A program made the position numbers and the translations under genes. From Paramecium tetraurelia (lineage: Eukaryota): a stretch of 64,000 bases of DNA. The notes below the pieces were generated by a model that did not search any database, was not told where the DNA came from, and saw only the letters and a program-made list of their open reading frames with translations. The DNA lies in the NCBI GenBank assembly GCA_000165425.1, contig CT867998.1, positions 62,001 through 126,000 of the forward strand. Reading direction: 5' to 3'. Position 1 is the first letter of the stretch; the number at the start of each line of letters is the position of its first letter. Positions 40,688 to 53,199 of this stretch are shown in pieces.

Positions 40688-43600
40688 TCATAATAGTTAT
40701 TTTATTATTTGATTAAACTTTTTAAGAATCTCTCTATTCTTATTAATCTTGGATTCCTCTTTGGTGATCTTGGCTTCCATCTGTTTAGCTTTTTTAATAA
40801 CCTCTTTAGGGACACCAGCTATTTATGCTACATTGGTGGCAAAACTTTTTTCTGCTACTCCTTCAATTAATTTGTATTTAAAAACAACTTAATCCTTCTC
40901 TTAATAATGCTTCATAACACATTATGAAATATTCTTAAACAATGCAAATTCATCTAATAAGATATGATAATGTGTAGCAAACAAAGTCATAGGTTTAGTT
41001 TTATCTGATAGGAATCTAAGGACAGCAGATGCCAGAGCTACTCCATCATAAGTTGAAGTTCCTCTACCTAATTCATCTATGATGACTAAACTTCGTGAAG
41101 TGCAGTTATCTAGTATAGTTTTAGTTTCTTCAAGTTCAATAAAGAAGGTTGACTTTCCTTCTAGTAATCTATCAGTGGCTCCAAGTCTACAAAAGATCCT
41201 ATCAAAAGGAGTCAAAGTAAAAGATTAGGCTGGTACAGCACATCCAATTTGGGCTAAAATAATAGAGACACCAATCAATCTTAATAAGGTGGATTTGCCA
41301 CTCATGTTCGGTCCTGTAAGTAAAAGAGTATCAATAGAGCCAGTAAATTTGATTGTGTTTGGCACCCATTCAACATCTTTATTTTATAATAAACAAGGAT
41401 GATACGCTTCAATCAATTCACACCTCTTTGCACTTTCGTCTTGAATAATTTATGGAAAACAAGATACTTTTTATTCATTCGACACCAGAGCCAAAGAAAT
41501 TCTAAGAAATAAACAAATATAATTACAGACAGTCAGCTTCTGAGAGATAGGAGATCAATTAAAAGAATTCTTTTCTATGTGAATAAAATTTAGTGAAGTA
41601 TTCATTGATAAAGGGGAGTAGTTTTTAAGATAATTCATCTTCTACCTTTCTTAACTTATATAATTATTCTTCTATGAATGTAGTCTAAAATCTTTGAAAT
41701 CCTTATCTTTTGGAAGTGATAATTAATTCTTTTGGTTTTTAATTGCCTTCCAAATATTTCTCAGGTATTTCTAATTAATATTTCATTCTTGCATGAGTGT
41801 AAACAATTTCAGGACATTTCAATTTCTTCTTCCACTTTTCAAGTTCATCTTGAAGGGAATCAGTGATTTCATTTAACCTATCTAATGTCTGATCATATTC
41901 TGGACTTACTCCCTTAACAGGTTTTGGTTCATTATCATCCATAGTCATACACTTTTCCAATTCATCAAGTGAGTCTTTCAAAATCTTAGCATTTTATCTA
42001 TAATTTAGGATTTCCTTCAATTTTTTAGATTTAAGTTATTTTATATCTTAATCAAAGATCTTAAATGCCTCAGCAGCCTATCTAATATGACTCAAAACAT
42101 TCTTAATTTCCTTCAATTTAGTTTTCCCAATACTCTCACCTCCAGTAATGGGGACAGCCTTTAATTTGTGAGAATGAATAGTATTAAAACACTTAATGAT
42201 GGCACGTTCTATATCAGGTAATGATTTGATTCTTCTTTGAAATTCTGCACATTTAGGTATTAAATTAGTTAATTCTTGTACACATTCCTATCTCTCTATA
42301 ATTAGTTTGTAGTTCTATAATGGACTCTAAACCCATTTAGTAAGTAGTCTCTTAGCAGGAGCAGTAGCACATCGATTCAAATAATCAAACAAACTACCTG
42401 CAGTAGTGATTTTAGTTTGTAGATTCACATTAAATATTTCCAAGCTTTCTAAGGCTTAGGAATCTAAATAAAGATGAGTGTTATGAGTGAAATTGGAATC
42501 AAGAAAATTGAATTTACCTCTTCTGTAAACTGAATCGCTAATTAGTAGTTATCTCAAGTAACACAGTAAGAGATACAAAGATTATGTTGAATAATAATAA
42601 GAATAAAAGCTAGATTCATCATCCTCTTTATCTTATTACTTTTTTTCATGATAAAATTGTTTCTCCAATTCTATTAGTATATTAGGATAATCCTAACTCA
42701 ATTAATAATTCTCAACACATTTTTCTTCTCTTATCTCTTGTTTTGAATCTGAATACAATCCTTAATTGATATCAATATCTATTTTTTGTTCAGATTACTC
42801 TTTTCGACTAGGAATTACAATTCCATCAAATAGTTTTTAATTTTAATCATTTTTACCTTTAACCACTTCCATATATTCAATTTTAAATTATTGGAATATG
42901 AATTCACAATCTTTGAATGATTTTTTGTAAATAATGATAGTAGGATTACATATATTTCTAAAATTATATAACTTGAATAAATTACTTGAAAATCTTTTCG
43001 ATTTCAGGTGGTGTCTTACACAGTATGACTTCTACAGGTTTAGTATTATAAATAATAGATCTAAGATGATTGGATTAAGCATCATCGAAGAATTGATCAA
43101 ATGTAAAAAGATTGGTCGTACAATCAACAATAGAAACCCCATAAATATATGTATGTCCTTTTAAATTGACAGGTGCTTTTGAGCAAACCAATACTAATAG
43201 ATTCCTTTATTCATATGTTTCTGCATCCCCCAAGTCTTATAGAGTGCCTCTACTTATCATTTAGGTAATTTCTCTTCTCACAACTTCACCATCCTCTTTG
43301 TTAGCCACATCTGCTTTTTCCAATTATTCAATCATTATTATTTTGTGTCCTTTCTCCAACAATGCTCTTTAATATATGGGCAATTGATTATCATAGACTG
43401 TTACACAGGGTCTATCCTTTCCCCAGAATCCCAAGTATCGATTGAACATTTTAGCAACAATAATGGCATCGTTGTACATTACAGCTATCCATCTACCACA
43501 TCGAAAGAATATCATAGAATCTAAATGGTTTTTCTTAGCATTCCAATACTACCTGAACATTGGTGGTAACTTTTGATATTGATCATTTGGGATGTCAATT

Positions 43601-44052
43601 GTGGAAGGATTGTAATCTGGTTCATCTGGTCGTCTCCCTTCTGAATCTCGAATGTGTTCAGGTTGCATGAAAATGGGCAAGGTTTATTCAGCTAATTTAT
43701 AAAATTCTTCATCTCCTTTGTTATGTTGTTACTCTTCTTAACAAGATTCTTGTTGTTACTATTATGGTTATTATTCTGTTTTTTTGGGTTGTTTCTTTTA
43801 TCTGGTTCCCTTTGATTTCACATTAGTATGGGATTGCCTTTTTTTGTTCTGTTTCTCATCTTCAGAACTAGGTTGAAGTTCAGAAGAAGAGGATTCTTTT
43901 TATGCTTAAGGCGTGTAATCATCATCATCTTCATCATCAGCTTTCTTCAAACGACGAGACGACCTTTTTCTATTGGTTGATTTCTTCCTCTATTGCTTCT
44001 TTGATATTTCAAACAATTCATCATCATCATCTTCTTTCCCATTCTTACGCAT
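40688..44052 (-). CDS. MSH6: MutS homolog, MSH6-like
   Basis: [23 protein letters not shown] (MSH6-type), [12 protein letters not shown], Walker [58 protein letters not shown]; introns near 41503-41527 and 42958-42985. Confidence 0.9.
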
Positions 44053-44104
44053 TTTGATTTGCTACCAAAATATTTCTTTAATTTAATTTTAAATTCCATC
44101 CTTA

Positions 44105-44588
44105 ATGTCCTCAGAAAGCAATAAAAAGCCTATAGTCATAATCCCACAAACCACTATGAACATTCGCAGGTTGGAAATTGAATAAGTGGATCAGAGTGAT
44201 GACCTCGAAGCCTCATCAGAAAAAATCTCAGAATAGCAATCAGATGACCCCTTTTTAAATTTTGTTGCCTCATATTCACTCTTCACCAATAATTCAGAAG
44301 ATACTCAATTAGATCTCACTTAAGTGCTACAACAACTCAATGATAAGATTTAAATCATGAAACCACCATCGAATCACTTATTAGACTTTCATTAGTAATT
44401 ATAAATTAAAGAAAATCAAATAAATGAATTAGCAGACACTCTCAAATAATTACCAGACTCTAAACTCCTTTCTTGTATTCAAGATGTTGAGAAGTAAAAC
44501 TATCCTCACATTATCTAGACTTTACTATAGACTATCAGTTGATTTTCAAGAAGAATTGCGCACTGCCTAAAAACTAAGAATTGTTTGA
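44105..44588 (+). CDS. Hypothetical protein
   Basis: Coding-like frame from ATG 44105, divergent from MSH6; length implies one small intron. Confidence 0.5.
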
Positions 44589-44931
44589 TCTACAAATATA
44601 TATTTTATATATTCATTCATAATCAATAATAATTTATTATATTTTTTATCTACTCTAAATTACAACTCTTAAAATTACCCTTTCTCTCCATCTCCCCATA
44701 AAGCAAATGAATTTAAATTAACAGACATGACTGAAAAACTATATATGTAAAACCATTGTAATAAATACTGGAATTCTGTATTTCAGAATGTTATGATAAA
44801 TAATGGAGTCAAATGTAGTCAGATATATACATCTTTAAAATTTCTTGGAGTCTCGTATGATTTTATCAAATTTTTTATAAGATTTATTTAACGATTCAGT
44901 AAAATTAATATAATATAACATCATATAGTTA

Positions 44932-45165
44932 TCATGATTAAGATAAATAAGCAGCAGGAGTAATATTTGAACTTTGAGTCTATCTTTTAGAGTATAAGGA
45001 ATTTAAAGTTGCAGGTTCTAGAACTGGTACATCCACATATTTATTTGAATTGTAATCAAACATTCGAACAGTTTTCGATATGTCTAAATTTTTAGCATTT
45101 TATTTGTATTTATCTCCTTTAATCTTATTCTTATTGTTGTTGCAACAAGTTTGAATGATCCCCAT
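44932..45165 (-). CDS. Small (77 aa) protein with possible N-terminal lipidation motif
   Basis: MGIIQTCC..MFDYNSNKYVDVPVLEPATLNSLYSKR; ATG-to-TGA in ciliate code. Confidence 0.55.
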
Positions 45166-45222
45166 TTTTTTATCAGAGCAATTTAAAAAAACTTAATATA
45201 TTAATATATTAAAACATTAATA

Positions 45223-45643
45223 TCAAAACTAAAAAAGTGAGGCGTAATATCATATTGCTGTCAGAGAATTTGATCTTAATCTTGATATAGTTTTTTTTTA
45301 ATTTGGATTTTGAATTGCACTTTTAATCCTTTATCGACTATGCGTAGTGCTGCAAGAAGGCATTCTTTTCAAAGGGCTAATGCAAGTCGAATTTCGAGGT
45401 GATTCTTAATCTAAATAAATAAAAACCATCTAAAAACCTTAAAGCAGTTCCAAAATGCGATGTTGCAACAGAAACTAAGTGTCACAATCGGTAATAGACG
45501 CTCTCAGCACGAAATCATTTTGAATCAACATATCTTGTTTGAGAAAGTAAGGTACCTTTGATCATTCCCTTTTGTTCATAGGAAATCAAATTCTTCTGGT
45601 ACAACTAATATAGTGCAAACAACACTTCGCTCTCGGTTGCCAT
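45223..45643 (-). CDS. Hypothetical protein
   Basis: MATESEVLFALYQLYQKNLISYEQKGMIKDMLIQND..; two tiny introns. Confidence 0.65.
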
Positions 45644-46227
45644 ATATATTAATTAATTATAATATATATAATTATACCCTAGATGTGTCATAACAATAAG
45701 AAAACCACTTTAATTGTTAAAACATAAAATTGAACAATTGCTTAATTACACCATTATTTTGTAATTTAAAAAAAGAAAAAATTCTCTAATTTGAATAAAT
45801 CAATTGGCAAACTCTATAAAAGAAATCAATATTAATGCAGGAATTGAATTAAGGATATTTTTAGATAAATTTTGAAAGATGTGTTTTATGTAGGCATCAT
45901 AAAAAGATTTAATTGACATCAATATACGATAGTCTTTATACTGCCTTTCACGATTGATCTTGTATATAAAGAATAAATTAAGGGGAATCTTGAAGTTAAA
46001 TTAGCAGTATTAGAATAATCTACATATATAGGATTTAATTATGATATTGGATCTTAATAATTTCCATCTCTTAAATCAGTGATTAATGATTTATTGATTG
46101 TAAATTTAATAATACTAATGACTTAAAATTCTTATTTTTAAGGATTATTTTGCTTTAAGAAATATGTGAAAGTTGTAGAAACCAATAACTAGTTTTTGAT
46201 CTAAAGTACAAGATAATACCATAGTAA

Positions 46228-46937
46228 ATGGATTAATAGATTATATAATATTCTAATTAAATAATGAATCCGACTTTCAAAATAGTAAAGAAGTTCAATT
46301 ATCGGCGTAAAGAAAATCGTCAAATGAGACCCATCTAACCATTTTCCCCATAGAGAGTAAATGATGTGAATATATAAATGGATTCTCAAGTTGATAATAA
46401 TAAGAAAAATAAATATGATTAGGATGAAATTAAGGACTCTACTCCTCTTAATAAAAAAAATCTAATTCCGAGTTTTTAATATTCGAGATCGACCAACTAA
46501 CCAAGTAAAAACAATTTTTATCAAACACCGCCTGAAATTCCTAAAAAATTACCTTAATTATTTTTGCCATTCGTACTCTCATTTATTGTAAATTTGGGAT
46601 TAGGGATTGCTATTTTTGCAACCTAAGGTGATCAAACAGCAATCATAGTCTTTGAAGTTTTTATGTAATAATCATCATATTCCTAAGGATTCTTTTAAAT
46701 ATTATTTCAGGGGCCTATTATTACACTAAATCAACAGAAATCATAGTGACTAGACCAAAATGTTTCTACATTTTTTTCGGAACAATACTTGCAGAATTCT
46801 TGTGTTTATTTATCTAACTTCTTATTTCCTGGATAACAAAAGCTAGTTTTGCGATATAAATACCAAATATAATCTCGGTGACTATTTTCTTATTATATTT
46901 TTACTATAAGAGAAAACAGTATTATTAAGATGAGTGA
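46228..46937 (+). CDS. Hypothetical protein with about four C-terminal TM helices
   Basis: Open frame with one 23-nt intron; LFLPFVLSFIVNLGLGIAIFA and further hydrophobic segments. Confidence 0.7.
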
Positions 46938-47005
46938 AGAAAATGAAGTAGAATATTTAAGGTGAATGAAAGAATAAATTAAAAGTTAGAATTTATATAA
47001 AAAAC

Positions 47006-48987
47006 TCATTAAAGTTCTATTTCTTTAGATGTTCCTAATTTTTTGCCATTTTGGTAGTTTTAAATAATAACCACTTGATATAAGCTTAAAACATAAAATG
47101 AGATAATACTCTCTAAAGTTATGATGTAAATCGACCCATTATCCATCTTTATTTCCCTCCTCATTATATATTCCTCCTCCTCTAAAAAGTAGGAAATGAT
47201 GATTACATAACACCGTTATTGAAACATGTTTCCCACATACTGCTCTTAATTCCATCAAAATACTCGCCCTTATAAGTAACTTAACAAAATCTAATTGTTA
47301 AATCATTTAACTACTTAGTGAAATTGATATGCAAATCTACCCAATCTCCATTTTTCAATCCACTCTAATCATATTCGCCTCCTCCACTATAATAAATTTA
47401 TTAAGCAATTACATAGTTTAGCCCTCGAAATTAATAGCCCAAATTCCTTATTTGATCCCATTTTTGTACTCTCCATAATGAATGATTTATGCGAAACTAT
47501 GTATTAATAGTAAATGTACTCGGAGTAATTTTCATGAAAATCAATCCATCTGCCATGTTTTAATCCATTTTCATTGTAATTGCCACCTCCACTGGAATAT
47601 AATAGAATACTTACACATTCTGATTATTCATCACAATATCCCATCTGCCTTATCTTAGATCTTTCTGGTATTCACCTTTATAGAAGACATTGCATCCACC
47701 ACAATTTGAAACAAAGTATTTTTCATGCAAGTCAACCCATTTTCCAACTTTTAATCCGCAATTATATAATCCACCACCTCTATAAAAATGGAAATAAAAC
47801 ATACATAACACTGGATTTTGGTTAAATATTCTCTTTATCAAACTAGATTATTTCCCATTTTCCTTATTTAGCTCCACCACTATATTCCCCAGAGTAAACA
47901 ACTTTGCAGTAACTTTAAATTATAATAATTATTATATACTCTGAAAAGTTTGGATGCAATTCTGTCCATTTTCCTTTTTTACGGCCATTCTCATTGTATG
48001 TTCCATTGCCTCTAAACGTAGTGATTGATCATACATGATGTTTTATTCAATTTCTTTATATCCTCTGTATATGATATTCCATTTATTTATTTTTCTTCCA
48101 TTTTGATATTCTCCATAATATCCAACTTAACAATGTCTAAATTAGAACAACATTTCATACTCCCAAAAATCTTCATGTAGATCTAGCCATTTTCCATTCT
48201 TCAATCCAAATTAATTATAATTGCCTCCTCCTCTTTGAAATAGATTATAAAAATTACAAATAATTTCCATTATATGTTATTCTCCAATTTCCGCATTTTC
48301 TGCCATCTTAATATTCTCCACTATAAGTCACTTAACACTTCCTATAATATTGTCATAATTTCTACTTTTTGAAATTATTATCGATTTCTGTCCATTCACC
48401 ATGTTTCATACCTTTTTGATTATAGGTTCCTCCTCCACTAAATATATAATACTGAAATATACACTCTTTATTCCTTCAAAAAAATGTCCCACTTTCCTGT
48501 TTTCCTTCCCTCGGTATAATTTCCAATAAAATATACTTTGGATTTTCTAATTATATAATTATGATACATCCAAAAATTCTCCCATAAATCTATCCATTTC
48601 CCTTCTTTTTATTACATTTAATCGCCAAAACCTCCAGCTTTTAATAATTCCCCTCTCCAATATACTTTATGTTGGGTTTTAGAAGAATCACACACTGCTT
48701 CCCATCTCAAGTATCTTTACTAGTCTAAATTTCCTTAAATCGTTTTCCTTTTCATTAAATCTTGGATTGATTCACTTATACTATAAATACACAACATACA
48801 TTTTTAATATTTCTCCATCCTTAATATATTTCACTTTTTCACCTTTTTTCAGCAACATGAAAAACATGATTTTTTATTGAACCCACCCGTTAAATAAGTC
48901 CCTATACTCTTATTTCCCATATTCAATCACAAGATACTCTTGTTTAGCCCTTTCTTCGTCTGATATTTAAGACATATTATGTATCAT
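47006..48987 (-). CDS. MORN-variant repeat protein (expanded Paramecium-type family)
   Basis: Repeated GGG.Y...G.K.GKW.(D/E)L.E.F / Y.GEY..G.K units; many tiny introns at recurring positions. Confidence 0.8.
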
Positions 48988-49509
48988 TTTATTATAATAA
49001 TAATTAAAGGGATATAGCAATAGAATTAAGTTTAATATCAATAATGCACATAATTTAATTAACATGAATTTTAGTTCCATATCATCATATCATACTGCTT
49101 TCTATTATATATTTTCCTTTATTTAACATTTTTTTCATATAACCCATTTAAGTTATTTAATAACTTTACTTCAGAATAATTTGTGTATTCTAGAGCAGAT
49201 GGAACAAGAATTTAAATATTAACAGTTTAGAAAGATTTGAAAATATATTGCCATTATATTAATACTGAGTCAAAACGAACAATTATTTATATAACTTATT
49301 GGATTATCGTATCTCTAATATCCTCTACAATTATCTGATATTTTTTACAACCAGATAAAAATAGACCATTTTATCAAATCGAAAAAAGAGAACATTTTTT
49401 AAAATAACACACTTTATTACAAAGAGAACTTTTTTATATTTTGATCAGAAATAACCGTAATTAGAAACTTTATAAACAAATATTTAATGAAAGTATATTA
49501 ATTAAATTA

Positions 49510-51597
49510 ATGATACCTAATCAATTAAAATTCTTTCTTGATCCAACTAGTTGTAAACAAAGAGATGATCCTAAAGAATACTTTTTCAGTGTTGTAGCAA
49601 GTAGCTTGTTAAAGGAAACTAAATACTATGAAACATCAGATGGCTCAAGAGATAAATTGATAGCAACAATGAATACAATTGCAAACATTGATCCTGAGTT
49701 TATATTATAGGTGGCTTACTATGTTAGAAATCAAATGTATATCAGAAGTATAAGTAATTTCATCCTTGCATTTTCTACTCTACATCCTAAAACTAAACCA
49801 TTCTGCTCAACATATATGTGTCCAACTATGTTAATACCTGGTGATCTGATTGAAGTTTGCTAATTTGTTCAAGTCATTTCCAAATGTTTGAAATCAGACA
49901 ACAAATTGGATGGAAACACAGACATCAGAAAATAATTATAGTTCCCAAAAATATTGTAAAAGCAGATCCAAAAAAAACTTACTCAATTCAATGTTTATCA
50001 ACTTGGTAAACAATGTTCGGATGGTAGTAGAAAAAAGAACATTAAGAAATACCAGGAAATTCTCAAGCCTGATCTCAAAGATAAGAGAAGAGAGAAAAGA
50101 TTATTGAAATTAAAATTAATTAGAGACTAAATCGAATCACAAGGACCAGATGTTAAAACCCAATTCGAAATCAAAGCCATCTAAAAAACTAATAGATCTA
50201 AAAAAAATAAAGGAAGACATATGAGGAACCCTCACATCAATTAGGTTCAAGAAAAACTAAATGTTTTTGATACTAACTTCTTAAATTTAAAGGATATCGT
50301 CACATTTAGTCATGTCAAAGAGCCTAGAAGTCTAGTAATGTCAATTTTAGGAGTTAAATATCCAAAAACACTAGAAGAATTTGAAAAGGAATTTAAAGAA
50401 GAAAAAAAGTTGTAATTTGAGCCTGAAAGAGCAGGTAAAAGAATGTCGATCCCCATTCCAGTCACATGGGATAGAGAATTAAGTAAAGGATTAAATTCAA
50501 AGAGATAAATCTGGGAAGACTTAATCCAAAAAAATCAGGTTCCTTATTTAGCTTTGTTAAGAAATCTAAGAAATATATTGAAATCAGGTGTGAGTGATGA
50601 GGCACATTTGAAAGTTGTTGAGAAATTATCAAATTTGAAATAAGTTGAAAATTCAAAGGTATTTCCACTCCAATTCTTCACAGCTTTGAATGAAATTGAC
50701 AAATTGAAAGTCAATAAATAATCAATTCAGAAGGAAGTTAAATAATAAAGAGAAAAAAAGGAGAGGGCAAAAGAATAAGTAAAACCAAAGAAAGAGAAAA
50801 AGGAAGTGTAAATTGAGGAAGAAGTAGATGTGCCTCCAAAAGTAATTTAATCTTATAAAGATGCCATTGAAAAGGCAATGAAAATAGCCGTTGATAAAAA
50901 TTTAGAAACTATTTCTGGTGTTACTTATGTATTTGTTGATGTAAGTGGATCAATGCGTAGTCCTATTAGTGGAGGGAAGAAGTACGGATCAGTTAATCAA
51001 TGTTAGGATTGCGCTTTTGTTTTGGCACATTTGATAAGAATAAAATGCGAAAAATGTGAGTTTTATTTATTTGCTGCTCCTAAGAATAATGTTCCATATA
51101 CTAAAGTTACTTTTGAGAATGATACTTTATTAGAAGGTATACAAAGATGTTAACAAAAGAGTGGAGAATTATGTGGATCTCATGAAATGATTGGATAAAC
51201 CATCAATGATGTATTATTAGTTCCAAAAGTCAGAGCTGATAATGTAGTTATATTAAGTGATATGATGGTAACATAAGGATTTTCAGAAACTGAATTGAGT
51301 ATGGAAAAAGTGTTTAAAGACTATTTATAAAAAGTGAATCCAGAAGCTAAATTCTTTTTCATGGACATCTCTGGTTATGGCTAATAAGTTAGTTTTGGCG
51401 ATGATCTCAAAAGTAAAAATTGCTTTCTCATTAATGGGATGAGTGACAATGTATTGAAATACATCTCTTACGCAGGCAAAATTAATCAACTCGAGGATGT
51501 TGTGGCCTTTAGCCAAGAGTTGAAAGCCAAATAGCAAGTTTAGGAATTGAAGAACAATGCCTAGATTGCCAAACCTTAATAAATTGAAACTGAATGA
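49510..51597 (+). CDS. TROVE + VWA domain protein (Tetrahymena p80 / TEP1-N / Ro60-like)
   Basis: Intronless 2088-nt frame; [110 protein letters not shown]. Confidence 0.9.
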
Positions 51598-51768
51598 TTT
51601 TGTATATAATTCCTAAATAATAATAATCTTGCTTCGATTTTATTTATATAGTATATATTAATATCAAATTTCAGATGAATTTAATATGGTAGTGAACATA
51701 AAATTTTCTTCTATCAATCATTTAAAATTATCTTATTTATAATTTAAAATATTTAATTAAAATCGTAA

Positions 51769-53033
51769 ATGGATTTCATCAATGAAGGAGAGATCAACTT
51801 GTAATTGATAAACTTATAAGATTAGACCACCCTGAATAATCTAGAATAAATAACCTTCAATTATAATTCTAAGATAATATTAGCAATTTAATAATCAATC
51901 ATTTATGCTTATTTCTTTGGATTGAATAATTTAAAAACCATCTCTAGTATTCACGTTAAGAGGAAGAACACAGAATAACTTAAATAAATTGAATACTTAC
52001 AAGCTTCAAATTCTATTTTATCTATTGTTAATTTAAAAATTCTAGTTGCTAATCTTAATGCCTTAAATACAAGAAAATTTTAGTTAAAAATTGACTATGG
52101 TTTGTATGGCTACTGTGATTAATTGTTATTGAATAAAAATTAAAATAATCTCTTTATAGGTTTTAAGAATTATATTCTGTTTTTTGAAAATAAATTCTGC
52201 GTTTGGAAATACTCTAAACAAATTATAACAGGGTACAGAGATTACATATTATCAATATGTTTAAATTTTGAAGAGGATGAATTGTAAGTTTATGCCAACG
52301 ATAGTTATAATTGCTCAGCTTATATTTATATCTACCATAAATAAACCTAAAACAATTCAATTTAATGGATTTTAAATTAGACCATAAAGTTTACAGACGG
52401 AATAGGATACTTATGGGGAGGATAAGTAAATCATTTATACTTTATGAACCCTTTTTCTCTGAAAGTTTTCAAATAAGACAAATAATTATCAGAATATCAA
52501 ATATATTCTTCCTCAAATGTTTCGAATTAATCTGTAATCTGTTGGGTGTTTTTGCAAAATAAATTTATACTACTTATTGAAAACAATAATAGAATCAGTG
52601 TAATGATATTAAATTAGTAGTAAAAATTAGAGCTCATTAAATCTATCAACATAAATTTGTCGATTAACAAATACTCTTATTGCCTTCAATTTAAGAGCTT
52701 TCTATAAAATGGAGAATTTTTAATTATTTGGAATACAGAGAAAACCCTAATCTTTAGGATGTCTTCCAATTGATTTATTATTTCATTATATTAAATACAA
52801 TCTATTTCATAAGTTAGTGGAATTGAAACAAAAACAAATTTTTGATAATCTCAATAAAGACAAGTTGAAGTTCTTTTGAATGTCAAACGTTATGCTTTAA
52901 GACAGGTTATAATTTAAAGAATCAATAAATATTTATTTGAATATTTACTAATAAATTCTATTATAGAGTTTTAAAATTTTGGAAACCCTTTGTTTTGGTT
53001 GACTAATCTTTGAATAATGATTTGGAGAACTGA
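51769..53033 (+). CDS. Divergent WD40-like protein (may carry an intron or frameshift)
   Basis: Coding-like frame with WD-like blades (ILSICLNFEEDEL) and a terminal LIFE.QFGE-like segment; ATG-TGA span not a multiple of 3. Confidence 0.45.
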
Positions 53034-53199
53034 TGCTTATGTACACAGAGAGGATTTACAAAAAATAACTATAACTCAAATTTATCATGAATTATATTGC
53101 TTTGAAAGTAATAATACATTTCTATAAATATTGTAATTATCACTAATCATGATAAAATTAATAGATTTATCAATTAAATATAAAATTTTATATATATAA

